The translations under genes were made by a program, and so were the position numbers. A stretch of DNA of 64,000 bases, from assembly GCA_002245135.1 (NCBI GenBank), contig NGBS01000587.1:62001-126000 (forward strand), in the 5' to 3' direction. The stretch is from Proteromonas lacertae (lineage: Eukaryota). Below, one piece after another: positions 40,801 to 55,800 of the stretch (its first letter is position 1; each line of letters begins with the position of its first letter). The notes below the pieces were generated by a model. The model ran no database searches and had not been told where the DNA came from. It saw only the letters and a program-made list of their open reading frames with translations.

Positions 40801-43800
40801 GTAACAGCTTGTAATGAGAAAGGTGAAGGTAAATCAAGTCCATTATTAGGAACAACTATTGATTTATTACCAAAATATCCACACAATTTCCATTATGATT
40901 CTATCACTAATTCAAGTATTGCATTATCATGGGAACAACCAGAATATGAATATAATAATCATATTTCAATTACAGGATATAAGATTTATCAGTTTAACGA
41001 TGTTGTGTTGAATTCATATGATGAAAATCCAGTGAAATTTGAGATTCAAGAGTTGGTGATTGAAGGAGCAAATGGAGGTTATTTTGTAATTGAATATGAT
41101 GGTGTTTTAAGTGATAATATTCCATATAATTGTAGTATAGAAATATTACACAACTACTTGTTATATATGGGAATAAATACAGACAAAATCGAGAAATATT
41201 GTGATATTGAGGATAATAATGTATTAAGATATGTAATTACATTTACTCAAAATTTAGGAAATTTGAATAAAATAATTCCATATTCAGGAAGATTAGAACC
41301 ATCTACAGCTACAATACGATGTAATGAAATACAAAATGGATCAAATGTTGAAGTAGTTTATGAAGTAACAAATCAACCAACAGTAACTACATTTACAGTG
41401 AATAATCTCTTACCAAACCATATTTATAGTTATATTATTACTTCAATAAATATAATTGGAGAAAGTTTAAAGTCATATTCTTTACCTTCTGTTATTACAA
41501 CAAATGAACCACATTCTGATGTTAGTTATGCGATTGGTTTACATTTGAAATATGGTAAAGCAAGTTATTATTTTGAGCAACAAACTGTTACATTAGAAAG
41601 TGAAGGTGAATACATAATTGACAGTGGATATGATTATATTGTGTATAATATAACAATGAATATGGATATGAATGACTTTGAAAATACAATTAGTGGATTA
41701 TACGTTAATCAAAATACTCAAGTTGGTATAACAACTGTTTATATTTCATACTGTGATGATGATAATGATGAAAATAAAGAAAAAAAGAAGATTATTTTAG
41801 ACATTATCTATGAGAATAACTACTACTATCCACCATTAAGGTTTTCATTAACTAATAATAAAGATGAATATATAGAAACAAGCGAATTAACAAAAGGTCA
41901 TACAAATAGTTTTATTATCTATCCAATGAATATAACATCACAGTTTCATGATGATACAAAGTATGATGATATGAATAGAGGTAAATTATTATATTTTACT
42001 GAAGTATATGATGAGAGTAATAATGAATGGATTAGTGATGAAGGTTTAGCTGAATATGATCCAATTGTCTATTCCATTAGAAAATATATTATTAATAATA
42101 GTGATAGTGAATATATTTTAGCTTATAATAAAGATTATACTGAAAATGATGTTAAAAATGGATTTGAACTTATTTCATTCTATCAAAACATAAGTGAAAA
42201 AGAATTACAGGAACAATGGAATAAAAATGTTAACCAATCTTATAATTTGTATTTAACTTACAAATACAATGAATTAAAAGTATATATCTTAAATAATGCT
42301 TTAAATTATTCAACATTAAATCTAAAATGTAATAATAATATCTTAATTGAACCAGAAATCTTACATCATGAAGATGATAGTAATGAAATTCAGTTATTGA
42401 TTGTTGATTATTCTACATTATCCACAATCAATGATAATAATGGATATATGACTTTATATTATGATAATATTATCATTTCTCCATCACTCTATCTACCTTG
42501 GAATATTGAAGCTGAATATTTGGAGTTAATAATTAATAAAAATGAAGAAGTACCAAATGTAACAGTTGTTAGAACTGAATATGGTCATGGATATGAATAT
42601 ATTATTACATTTGTCCATAGTATTGGTATAGAAGGTGGTATGTTTAGATTAGTACCATATGTTTATGATATCCAAGCTTTAATAATGAAGAGTAATGATA
42701 ATATAGTGAAAATAGATGGTAATTTTAGATTAAAATATAATGATGAAGTTACTAGTTTAATTCCAGTGAATGTAAGTGATGTAGAATTAAAGAATATTCT
42801 AGAAAATGAAATAAGAGGAATAGATGAAGTTAGAGTTGAAATTGTCAATAATAATGTCAATAATATAGTTAACTATACATGGCTTATCACATTTATCTCT
42901 CCTGTTGATGATGTAAAGTTATTAGAAGTAATATCCAATGAAGTAACTGGTTCAACTGTTGATGATAATACTGCATTATTGAGTATTAGAAAATTACAAA
43001 CTGGAGATTCAAAATCATTAAAAGGAAGTGTATTAAGTCGTAGAATTAATAACAATTATCCATATTATACAGCAAAATATGTTATCAATAAAGTAGGAGA
43101 ATATAATTTACATATTAATCAATTACTGAGATTTGGATTGAATTGTGTGACTTATTCTAATATATATAATAAGAATATACCAGATAATGAGTTTATTACA
43201 TCTAATATTAATTATACTAATATGAATATCATATCTGGTGAATGGAAAGGAAAAATTATTTTACCAAAAGATGATGATGATAATAATTATATATTCTATT
43301 TAAATACATCTGAAAATGTTCAATTATTTATTAATCACTCTCTTGTTTTATCAACTGAAAATTACACTAGAAATGTTGAAGTTTATAAGAAGGTATTGTC
43401 ATTAAAATCAAATACATATTATGATATAAGAATAGTCTCAAATCAAAGATTGAATGTTGATCAATCAAATCATTTCTTGATATTATCTTGGTCATCTGAT
43501 AGTATATTGAAAGAAGTTATTCCATCATCTCAATTCTATTCAATGAATCCAATAAAGAATTCTCCATCAGTTGTGACTATAGAACACTCAATTCCAAGTT
43601 ATTTAACTACCAAAGCATTTGGTGATGGTTTGAGTAAAGCTCGAGTTGGTATGTTGAGTGAATTTTATATCCAATTGTATGATAATGGCAATAATGTTGT
43701 ACAAAAAGAAACAGGAGATTTAACTGTAAAACTTATGAATAGAAATAATGAGAATATGACTTTTGATTTAATTCCAATCTATCAACAGAATGGATTATAT

Positions 43801-46800
43801 TTAGTGAAGTATCAATTAAATACAGCTGAAGGAAGAGATTATGAAATATCAATAACCTTAAATAATAGAAACATATACTGTGGAAATGGTAAAGAAAACA
43901 AGTGTAGTCCATTCAGTTTAGTTATTGATTCTGGTTTTATATCATTCAATAAATCAATTCCAGTTGGTAAACAATGTGGTTATTCTGGCAATAAATATAC
44001 AATGGAATTAGAACCATATGATAATTTCAACCAAAGAATTGTCACAGATACAAATGTGTTTAATGTAATATTTGAATCTCAATATGGTAGTTATTATAAT
44101 ACAAATTCTTCAAAATTACTAATGGAATGAAAATACTCTAAGATATGATATTGAATTTACTCCATTTATAGATGGATATTATACAATGGTGATGATATAT
44201 AATGATATTAAATATATATCAAATCATGTTGTTTATTTTGCTCCATTAGTTCATTCTGCTATTTTTAGTAATGTTTTAATGAATATGACTAAAAAGATAG
44301 TTAAAGCTCATGATGTTAATACTGTCTATGTTGAATCTAGAGATTATTATAATAATTTATTAAAATACAATAAAAATATTGAATGTTCTCAATATAAATA
44401 TCCATTCTATAAGTTATTTGTATTTTCTGAAGATAAGAATGAAATAGTGTATGAATCTTCCAGTTTGGTTTACACATTAAATGTTCTTGAAAAGAATGAA
44501 CCATTTAATATTACATTTGATGGTTTAAGAACTCCATTATTCTCTTATAATATTACATCAACTTTATTGCAGGAGTATTTATGTAGAATTCATCCAGTCA
44601 GAGTTGTACAAATTGATGAAGTAACATATGAAATAACCATCATAAAACAATTCAATTATATTCATGCAAAGTTCCATACTATATTTAAATGTGGTAGTAA
44701 TTGTAATATTACATTAACTGTCTTTGAAGATGGAATATTCCCAATTAATTACTTAATACACAAATCATCCAATTATACAGTAAAAATAACAAATGAAGAT
44801 GATTATGATATTAAAAATTCACCATTCAGTTTAGAAATAATTCCTAACGAAGTTGATATAAAATCAATGTTTTTGTCTGTTAATAATTTCACAATTGTAG
44901 CTGGTGATTCATTTATTATTACTAAGATTAATACTGATTCAAGAGTGATAGGTACTTATATGTATCAATTAAATGCATTTACATATGGTGATAATAGTGA
45001 AGAATATGTTTCTACAAAATATACTTGTAATTTTAATGATAATGAAATATATGAAGTTGAATATTTAGGTTATAAATTGACTGGTTTGAATATATCAAGT
45101 GATGATATAAATGAAAGAATGAGTGAATTATTTGGTAAAGTTGATATGAAGAAAGATGGAAATAATTATTCAATTGAATTTTATGCAATAACTGGTGATA
45201 TAGAAGGAATGGTATTTAAAAATGAGAATAATAAAAATGAAATAGTGATGTGTAATAAAATACAAGGAAAATATCCGATTTCTGGTTATTATCAAATAGA
45301 AATAAATGGTAAATATTCATCTCCATTATATCCAAGATCATCTCCAGAAGATGTATTAAAAGAAATGAATAAATTCAGAGAAATTGGTGTATTAGATATA
45401 GTAAAATCATCAGTAGGACCAACCTTTACATTTAATGGTAATAAGAATGAATTAATCAATGTTGCTTATACAATATATTTCAAATATCAATATTACATTC
45501 AAGAACAATCAATTCCGCCAATCAATTTCCATTCATATTTAGTAAAAGAAGATGGATTTCAAAGTAAACCAACAATTAAACAGTATGTTATAAATACACC
45601 AGCATTAGGTAATGTTATTGAGGAATTATTACCATCATTCGAATATTATGAAATAGCTGGAGAGTATTACTTGTATATGAGAATAACTGATGATAATGAA
45701 GTTGTATTAGAATTACCTGTAAATCCAAAAGACTATTATACTGTATTACCATCATCAATAATGCCTTCTCATTGTCTTCATTCTGAAGAACTTGCTATTT
45801 ATTCAAATGAACCAATGATTGTTAATATTACATTGAAAGATAGATATTATAATTTATATGATTTAGAATTGCATAATAATATTGATGAAGTATTTGATTT
45901 TTATGTTGAAAATATCAATACCAAAGTCCAAACTAAGCTTGATTTTGTTAGACAAGATAATTCATCTACTTATGTATTTAGTTATTTACCTGTAGAAGCT
46001 GGTTTATATAAATTATATATGAATATAATAACTCAAAATGGATTATTATATACTGTTTATAATTCATTTGATTTTTCATTACCATATTTAAAGAATGATG
46101 TTTTATGTCCAGAAGAACCTAATGAATGTATTGCTACAGAAATTTCTAGAAATATTGATTTTAATTCTAAGAAGTATTATTATATTCCTGAATCAATGAA
46201 TGAAACAAGATATTTCAGTCAAAAATGGGAAGGTATGATCAATATACCAGTTGCAGATAACTATACGTTTTATATTACTACTTACAATGAAGTTCAGTTA
46301 TTAATTGATGATATATTAGTTATTGATACAGGTAATAGTAAAGTATTAAATGATCAAAATACATTATATTTATCAAATGGTTTTCATTCATTTAGATTAT
46401 TGAATAAACAAAGTGATATTAGTTCAGGTATTAAATTAGAATGGAGTAATAGAAATATTGAAAAAAGTGTTATATCTTCAGACTATTTCTATTATAAACA
46501 AAAGATTAACAATTCTCCATTAGATATTCAAGTGTTTAATGGAATCTTATATCAACCAACAATCAAGAGAATTAGTAATGAAACAATAGAATCAACAACA
46601 TCTGATCTATTCACATTCGTAGTTGAAGTGAAAGATATTAATAATAATCCAATATTAAATGATGGAAGAGAATCTACCAAATTTAGTGTTTCAATTGTTA
46701 AAACAGCTGATATTATTATCAATCCAGAAGATAATGATAATGGTACAATAGAATGTTCTATCACACCAAAACAATGGGAATTAATATGTGAAGATTGTGT

Positions 46801-49800
46801 ATCTATTGAAAAGGATAGTAAACTAGTAAATACTTCAATTGATTTAATGAAAGTATTACATCCAAATGATAGAATAGTGATAGGAAGAGAAATTTTAACA
46901 ATTTCTGGTGAACATTTGACAATGGATAATATAATACCAATTGTAATACCATATCGTTCAGAAAGTATAAGTGAAGATGGTAAAGTACCACTTTACAGAG
47001 TAAATGACAATACAAATAAATATGAATTTAAATGTAATATTAATAAAATAGGAAGATATGAAATAGATGTAAAGTACAATAATACTTTATTAATTGATTC
47101 ACCATATAAAGTGAATATTTACTCAAGCCAAACTGATTTGAATATTAGTGATATATATGGTATAAATAGATATGAATGTGTAGCTGGAGAAATATGTTAT
47201 TTGTATATACAATCAAGAGATCAAGATTATAATATGGTATTATTTAATGATTCAAATTATCAAGTTGAGTTTTATAATAATGATGAAAGTGTTGATGAGA
47301 TTATTTCATTTTATGGTATTTCTGAATATTTATCAAATGGATTATACAATATAACATACAATATAACAACAGCTGGTGAATATACAATCAAAATAACACT
47401 AAATGAAAATGTAACATCAATTTTAGCTGAGAAACTAGAGGTTAAAGCAAATGTTATTTATCCAGCTAATTGTGTTGTTGATGATTTGATGGACAAGCCT
47501 GTTTATAATAATCCTGAAAATCAGACATTTCATATATCATCCTATGATCAGTGGAATAATTATTTAAATGAAACATTATACTCACAGGAAGAAATTGTTA
47601 CTTTATTAATTCCAACATCAATTATAAATAGTAAACCAAATACATGTTATATGTATTTTAGTTTTAATGGTCAAAATTCAAGTAGAATTGATTGTAAAAG
47701 TGATGAAAAACAAATTAAAGATAATTTACATCAAATCCCAATAGGTGATTTTACTATAAAGAAAATAGATAATAATAATAATGAAGAAAGTGATAATGAT
47801 AAGAGTAAAGGAATGAATAGAATATATCAAATTTCATTATTCACTTATCGAAATGTTAATCCAAAATTAGAAGTATATTCGACAGCTAGTGATATAAAGA
47901 TAGAAAGATGTATCTCCAATCAATATCAACTATTAGTAATACCTAAAACTATACAGAGTGGTAGATTCTATTTACAATATGATAATATAGAGAGTGAATG
48001 GTTGAATTTACCAATTAATGAAGATGTTTTAGAAGATTCATTAAAACTATTCCCACGATTTGTTGGTTTAAATAGACAAGATGACAGTGATAATGAAATA
48101 TATAAATTAGAATTTAAATATGATGAAGATAATGTATATGATGAGATAAAGTTATTGTATGTTGAACAGACATTCATTAAAAGTGATAAGATAATAACAA
48201 TCCAAGAATATTGTCCAAAATATACACAAAGTGGTGTTTATGGTGATAATTATTATGTTACATTCAGAGATCAATATGACCATTTAGTTAGTGCAATTTG
48301 TGAACCTGATGAATTGTTATATAAATGTACTTATAAAGTTCCAAGATCAGGTAATTATGGATTTAATATTTACTACTTATTAAGAGGTGGTTTGATTGGT
48401 AATTATTATGCTTCAAGATGGTTACCTGCTATAAATGAATCTATTGATACATTTAGTATGTTGAATAATAGAGAAATCAATGGCAATAGTAAATCTCTTG
48501 GTATTAGAGTTGATAAAATGATTAATTTCAATTGGATAAGAGAAATCATTAATGAAGAAGAAGATATTGTATCAATAAGATGGGTTGGATATATTCAACC
48601 ATTATTTACTGAAGTATATACAATAACTTGTAAATATAATGATGGATGTAAAGTGATTATTGATAAGAAAGTGATAATAGATGAATTTAATAATCAATTG
48701 TGAAAATAATGAAATAAAGGAAGCAAGGGGAGTGACAGATTTATTAGAAGCTGATTATTATTATTCAATTGTTATTGAGTATAGAGATAATATGGATTTA
48801 GCTTTTATACAGTTAGAATGGCAATCTGAGAGTCAAGTCAAGCAAATTATACCATCTGAACGATTATTCTACAGTCATCAACCACTAAGTAAATTCAATG
48901 TTCATTATATCAATCCATTACCAACCAATCCAAAGATAGTAAAGAATGGTTTTATTCGTAAATATAATGTTACATCAGTTGAAGTATCTTGGGAGAAAGC
49001 TGATGATATCGATTATGATGGCGATGGAGGTTCTGAAATAGTGAAATATATAATTACACATGAAGCTGAAGATGGAAATTATTCTGAAGTTTATAATTAC
49101 ACTGATTTTAATAAAGATGATAATATATTGACATATAAGATTAGTAATTTACCAATTGGTGTTACATTGAATTACACAATCACTGCTGCAAACTATTTAG
49201 AAGAATCAGAAGCATATCCACCAGATAGTGAATCATTGACATTTACATTCACAAAAGAACCAGAATTAGTTCAAAATGTAAAGATCCAAAATATGGAAAG
49301 TTCATCAACTGAAGTTGTATTATACTTTGAAGATCCAATCTCCTGGAATGATAATGATGATGGTAGTGAAGTTAGAAATAGACATTTCATTATTAGATGG
49401 AGTGATGAACCAATAAATCCAACAGAAATAGGTAAAGGTATTGGTGAAGCAACTATTCCATCAACACAACATTGGTATAAAATCAGTAACTTAACAGCTG
49501 GTCAATATTACTACAGTTATATAGCAGCACAGAATATAATCGGTACAGGAGATTACGTATCATTATTTCCAATAATGCCAAGTACATTTCCTGATCCATT
49601 ATATCCTCGTTCATTCTTAGTATCAACATTACCTTTAGAAAGTAATTACACATGTAATGAGATTGTTAGTACTTTTAATTTAGTTTTTACACAGAATATT
49701 GGTAATGATGGTGGTTCTCCAATTACACAGTATTTAATAGAATATTATTATTACAATGAAACTATTAAACCTGATGAATATGAATTGATAATTCCTGTAG

Positions 49801-52800
49801 ATAATGCATGTCCTTATTTCCAGATATTAGAGTATCATAATTCATCAGAAAAAATATCTGGTTATAGTTCCACTAAATTACCAACTAAAGATTTAACCTG
49901 GGAATATTTATATCAAATAGTTAGAGGTTTACCTTCCATTAAGACTGTTGTAGAAGGACATAATTCAAGTGCAACTAATTTCACATTCTCTATATTAACA
50001 ATTAGTGATGTTGATTTGATTACATTGAATTATCCTGATAGTATATGTGAATTACCAATACTCCAACATATTAGTCATAGATCTTACCCTGATAATTATC
50101 AAAATATTGAACTTGAACCATGCGATGAAGAAACATGTAGTTATAACCTTACAAATATGAAGAATGAAGTGAATTATACATTCACTATAACTGCATTTAA
50201 TACAAGAGGTGCTAGTTTATCAAGAGTTTCAACACCTGAAGAAGTACATTTACCTTATTTACCACCAGAACCAGTTCAATATTTCTCAGCAAGATGCTAT
50301 AATAGTACAGCATTAGAAGTGTATTATAAAGAACCAATCTGTAGTGGAGGTGCTGCAATTGTTAAATATATTATCAAAGTGAATGAAGTTGACGATATAT
50401 TATCAGAATATTACTTTGAATTGAGTGAAGAGAAGTATTTGGATTGTAATAATGGTTTATGTCAAGCAATATTAAATGGTTTGACACAAGGAATATCTTA
50501 CAATATATCAATATTTGCTTATAATAGACAAGGTTATAGTTCAGCAGCATCATTCTTACCTTATAGTATATCATTATACACAAAACCAAAGCCATTATTA
50601 TGGATTTATACTAAGCAGATCTATGATGATACAGTAGAATTAACATTTGAAGAAGAAGATAATGGTGGTAAGAATATTACATTCTATAATATTGAAGTTG
50701 ATGTAAATGAGAATATTGAAGAATATAAACCACCATCAGTGTTTAACTTCAATAATTATTATGCTTATCATGTATTATTACCAATTGAAAAAGACAAAAT
50801 AATAATTAAATGTGATGGTTTAGAAACAGACGAAATTGTAATAGATCAATATTATACTGTATTATTAGATAATTTCAAACAGTATGAATTCTTAGGTAGT
50901 AATCTAAATTATTACATTTACATTGATCAATTCGGTAGACATTTAATAATGAATTTCTATTCAGGAAGTTGTTCAGTATTTGATATTCCTGGTAGTAAAG
51001 ATATTAAAGTAATATCTGAACCATATTATGGTTATGCTTATCAAGTAATTACATTATACAATTTAGAAGACAATAATGAGGAAGAATCATCAGCAACAAA
51101 AACAGAAGAAGATACAGAAGATAGTGAATTGTTAATTAAAAATAAATCAACTCATAAATCCATCAGAAATAGAAGAAATGAAGAATCTGAAGATAGTGAA
51201 GATATTGATGAAAGTAAATACTTTTTACTGAGTTATAACGATACAAATTCAACTGAAATTCCAATATCAATTAGTGCTGATGATTTAAGAAGTTATTTGT
51301 TAGAAGAATTCCCTGAATTGAATGATTTGAAGATTATAAAAACAATAGAAAATAAAACAACAAAATTCTATATTTATTACATAGCCAAATTGTTAAGACT
51401 TGAAGAATTAGATTTTGAAACATCCAATGGAGGAATAAGTGAATTAATACAACCAGTTTATCCATTAATGAATAGTCTATCATATTTCAATATCACTGTA
51501 TCAAAAGATGAAATGAAAGAGAAAAATAAATATCGATTAAGTGGATTAAAACCAGGAATGTCTTACATTATAAGAGTAGCAATATCCAATGAAGATGAAC
51601 CGATTTATTTCAGTGATTATCAATATACATATCCAATAGTAACAAAGATGGTTAATTATGCTGATTTACTAGTATCATTCGATTATAAAATAGTAAATAA
51701 TAATACAGTTAATTTGACATGGGTAAGTTCATTTGATTATTTATCACAAAACATAACCAATTATGAAGTTCAAGTAAGTACAAATCCTTACTATTATCAA
51801 TACAAACAGATAGAATTATATCCACAATATGAAGTTCAAAGAATAACAATAAGTGGTGAAACTGAAGATGTTCATGGTGTATTTTACATTTATTATCATT
51901 CAGTAAAGTCATTACCAATTCCATTCAATGTAACAAGTGAAAAATTGAAAATATTACTAGAAATGTTACCTGATATTAATATAAAATCAATTAAAAGAAA
52001 TGTAATAAAAGCATATTCTTATCCACCATTCAAGCGACAAAGTTTTATTTATGATATTACCTTCAATAGAACAGAACCAGTTGATTTATTGTATTTATCA
52101 ACAAGAGATAATGTTATCAATACAGTTGTATATAGTGGAAGTTTATTAGGAACATCTACAAAAGCTGAAGTTCGAAGAATTCAAAGAGGAGGTTTACCAA
52201 ATGATTATTTATTAGAAGATTTGACACATGATAATTATTATGTAAGAATATACAGTAAGAGTGGTTTAACTGGTTATTTAACTCATAATTATATGGAAGT
52301 GAAGTTCAAAATACCAACTCAAGTTATTCCAACATCTCCAAGAGAAGTGACTTTGTACAATTACTTCCCCAATGAAATAATTGTTTATTGGAGACCTTCC
52401 TTATATAATGGTGGTGCAAATATAACAGAATATATAATTGAAGTATGTGATGATAAATCATTTAAGAATAGTACTCCAATTTCATTTAAAGTAGAAGATT
52501 ATAAATTATATAGAGGTTTTTATCAATATAATATAAAAGGTGATTTTATTGTTTATATGACATATTATGTTCGAGTATTTGCCTATAATATGATTGGTTA
52601 CAGTGATCCATCAGTCGGTACTGTTTATTCATCACTTGGATTGGGATGTTTTGAGAAATTCTATCCATCTGAAGAGAATAAGGATAAAACTGTTAGAGAA
52701 TTATCAAATATATATTATAATGAAGAAGTAGGAAAGAAAAGTGATATAAATACTAATAAAGTGTTATTTGTTATTACTGAATATAGATTGAATGATTCAA

Positions 52801-55800
52801 TGGTTTATTATTCATTATATTATTATAGTGATAATGAATGTAGATTTTTACCACCAACGCCAACAGCAAGAATGTTAGAAACATCATCAAACTATTCAAC
52901 TGAATATTTAATGAAATCTTATGAAACAAATGTAGAAGGTTTGTTTGCTCAAGTTTATATTCCACCACCACCAAAGAATGTAGTTTTACATATAATCAGT
53001 GGTACAGCATTTGTAGTAAGATGGGATGATTTTGAATATGAAATAAGTGAAGAAGATAACTTCACAATTGGTTATTTAGTAGAATGGTCAACAGATTATT
53101 ACTTTGATAGTAAACAATATGATTTTACAGATGAAAATTATTATCATATTCATAATTTAAATAGTAGTTATGTTTATTATGTTAGAGTTTCTACATATAT
53201 TGATTATAATAAAGATCATTACAAAGTGTTTAGTACATATCATTTAATAGAATCAAGTGGTTCAAAACCAACCAATGTTGTTCCATATAAAGTGTCTAAG
53301 ATTGAAGTTCAGCCATATTTATCAAAACCACCAACAATTCAATTGAATTGGAATGCTCCAAATACAAGTGCTGATGGTTATCCAGAAATAAATGGTGGAA
53401 AAGTTATACAGTTTTATCAAATTGATGTTTGTACAGATGAAAACTGTGATGATTATAACACTTCATTTATTTATATTAATAATGCTGATGATAATGAATG
53501 CATAGATGGATGTGAATGGTTTATTGCTCAACCATTGATAATGATTGAAATATTAAATGTTAGTGAAGAAATCCAGTTTAATTTCACTTATGAAGATGAA
53601 TCTATTTCAATGAAATTACCAATAGAAAGTGCTGAATATTCTGAAACAGTTGCTGAAATAGCTGAATTGATTGATTCTGAAACATACTTCGACATTAGAT
53701 ACACTTATTATAATAACAATTACTATTTAACATTTAGTAACTTTACATATTCAAAAGTGAATGTTTCATCAATTGATTTAAATATAACTGCTGAATATAA
53801 TATCAAACCAATTCATCCAGAAATGATAATACCTGGTACAGAATATTACATTCAAATTACACCATTCAATGAAGTAGGTAAAGGATATTCTGCAATATCA
53901 GAATCTGTTGTTCCTTACAGTTCACCATCAACTCCTGAAGATGTATTGGTCTATCCTGCTATTGACAATAAGACAGTATTAATGTTGAATTGGAGTGATA
54001 CTATCAACAGATATGGTAGAGAAATAACAAAATATACAGCTTACTTTAGAATAATTCCAGAAAAAGAAGAAGAAATACAAGATGAAGAAACTAGTACTAC
54101 ATTTGTAGAAATGACTGAAACAGAAGAAAGTGAAGAATTAGTTACTGAATATCCAACAAAAGAAGAAGAAATAGGAAGTAATGAAAATAACAATAATAAT
54201 GACAATGAAAATGAAGAAGAGGAAGAAGATGATATTTATTTATATGAAAATCAAACCATCAAAATTGAAGATGTAATATGTGATGGCATTCGATGTTGGG
54301 GAAATATAACAGGATTAATACCTGGTAAGAATTATTCAATTAAATTATCAGCAACTAATTGGGTAGAATCAAAGAGATCAAATATAGCTAAACCAAGCTG
54401 TTTAGAGATATATCCAAAATGTATTCCATTATCCATTCCAAGACAAATTCCAGGAAATGTCACAAGTTTCTATGTTGGAGGACATTCTGCTTATCCTAAT
54501 TATTTCACTGAAAATGATTTAGTTGTTTCATTTGATTATAATAATACTGAAAGTGGTGTTATTCCTGAAGAATTGGAATTAGAATATAGTTATAGTAAAG
54601 ATTTTAATCAAGAGAATGAAGTATTCAGTTTTACTCCAATACTAAATACAACAAATGTAATTATTAATAGTAATGGATTGATGCATTATGAATACATAAT
54701 TAGAAACTTACAATCTGGTGTGAATATTTATGTAAGATGTAGAGTAAGAAATTCAATTGATTTTGGATTATACAATACTAACTATACAATAATCTACAGT
54801 CCATCAGAACCACCACCATTTGAAGTAAGACATGTTTCTGATGGTTCAAAATATGAACAAAGTACATCCATTGATTTAGTATCTGAATTACCAAGTAATA
54901 CTCATGGAGGAACTGTTAATAGATTATTATGGGAAGTATCAACTAAAGAATTTGATAAAATTGAATATTTAACTCATCAAGTGGTTGTTAGTAATGATAG
55001 TTGTAATTATAGATTGTTATATAATAGTAAATACTTCAGTTGTAATATGAATTCATCAGTCTCAATTGAATATATACAGACTTGTATTCAGAATTTAGAT
55101 TTGCCAGAACATGTTGAAGTGAATGGAACTAGTGATAATTATACTATTACATACTATGGAAATGCATCTCCTCATTTAAATATATCAGTGAAATATATTG
55201 TATCTGAATGTGAGAAAGAAGATGTAACAGTTGAAACAGTTAGTATATTTGAATCAACAACAAAAGAAGAATATCAAAATGGCGAATATTCAATTGGTCC
55301 TAACAGTTATCCACCTTTCTATATTCCAAGAATACATAACTTGAAATTCAATACTGATTATTATGCTAGAGTATATGCAAGAACTGCTGTTGGTTATTCA
55401 AAACCAAGTGAACCAATCCAATTCCAAACACAAAGTCAATCTCCAGATGCAGTAGAGAATTACAAGGTATTTTATGTTAATGAAACTACATTATTTGCAC
55501 AATTTGATCCACCAAAATATATAGGAACTGGTGAAAGTTTGTCCTATAGAGTAGAAGTATCTTTATACAATCATTTTATACCTCATACATCCTTATATTT
55601 GAATCATATTGATAGTTATGTTACTGGATTGAATAGTCATACTTATTATTATGTCAGAGTTATACCAGTTACAACACAAGGCGATGGTACACCAGCATTT
55701 ATACAAAATCCAATAACTCCTATGACAATAGCTGAAAAAGTTGATAATTTGAGTTTTGATAAGAGAGATTTAACAAGTGTAATATTGTATTGGAATAATA

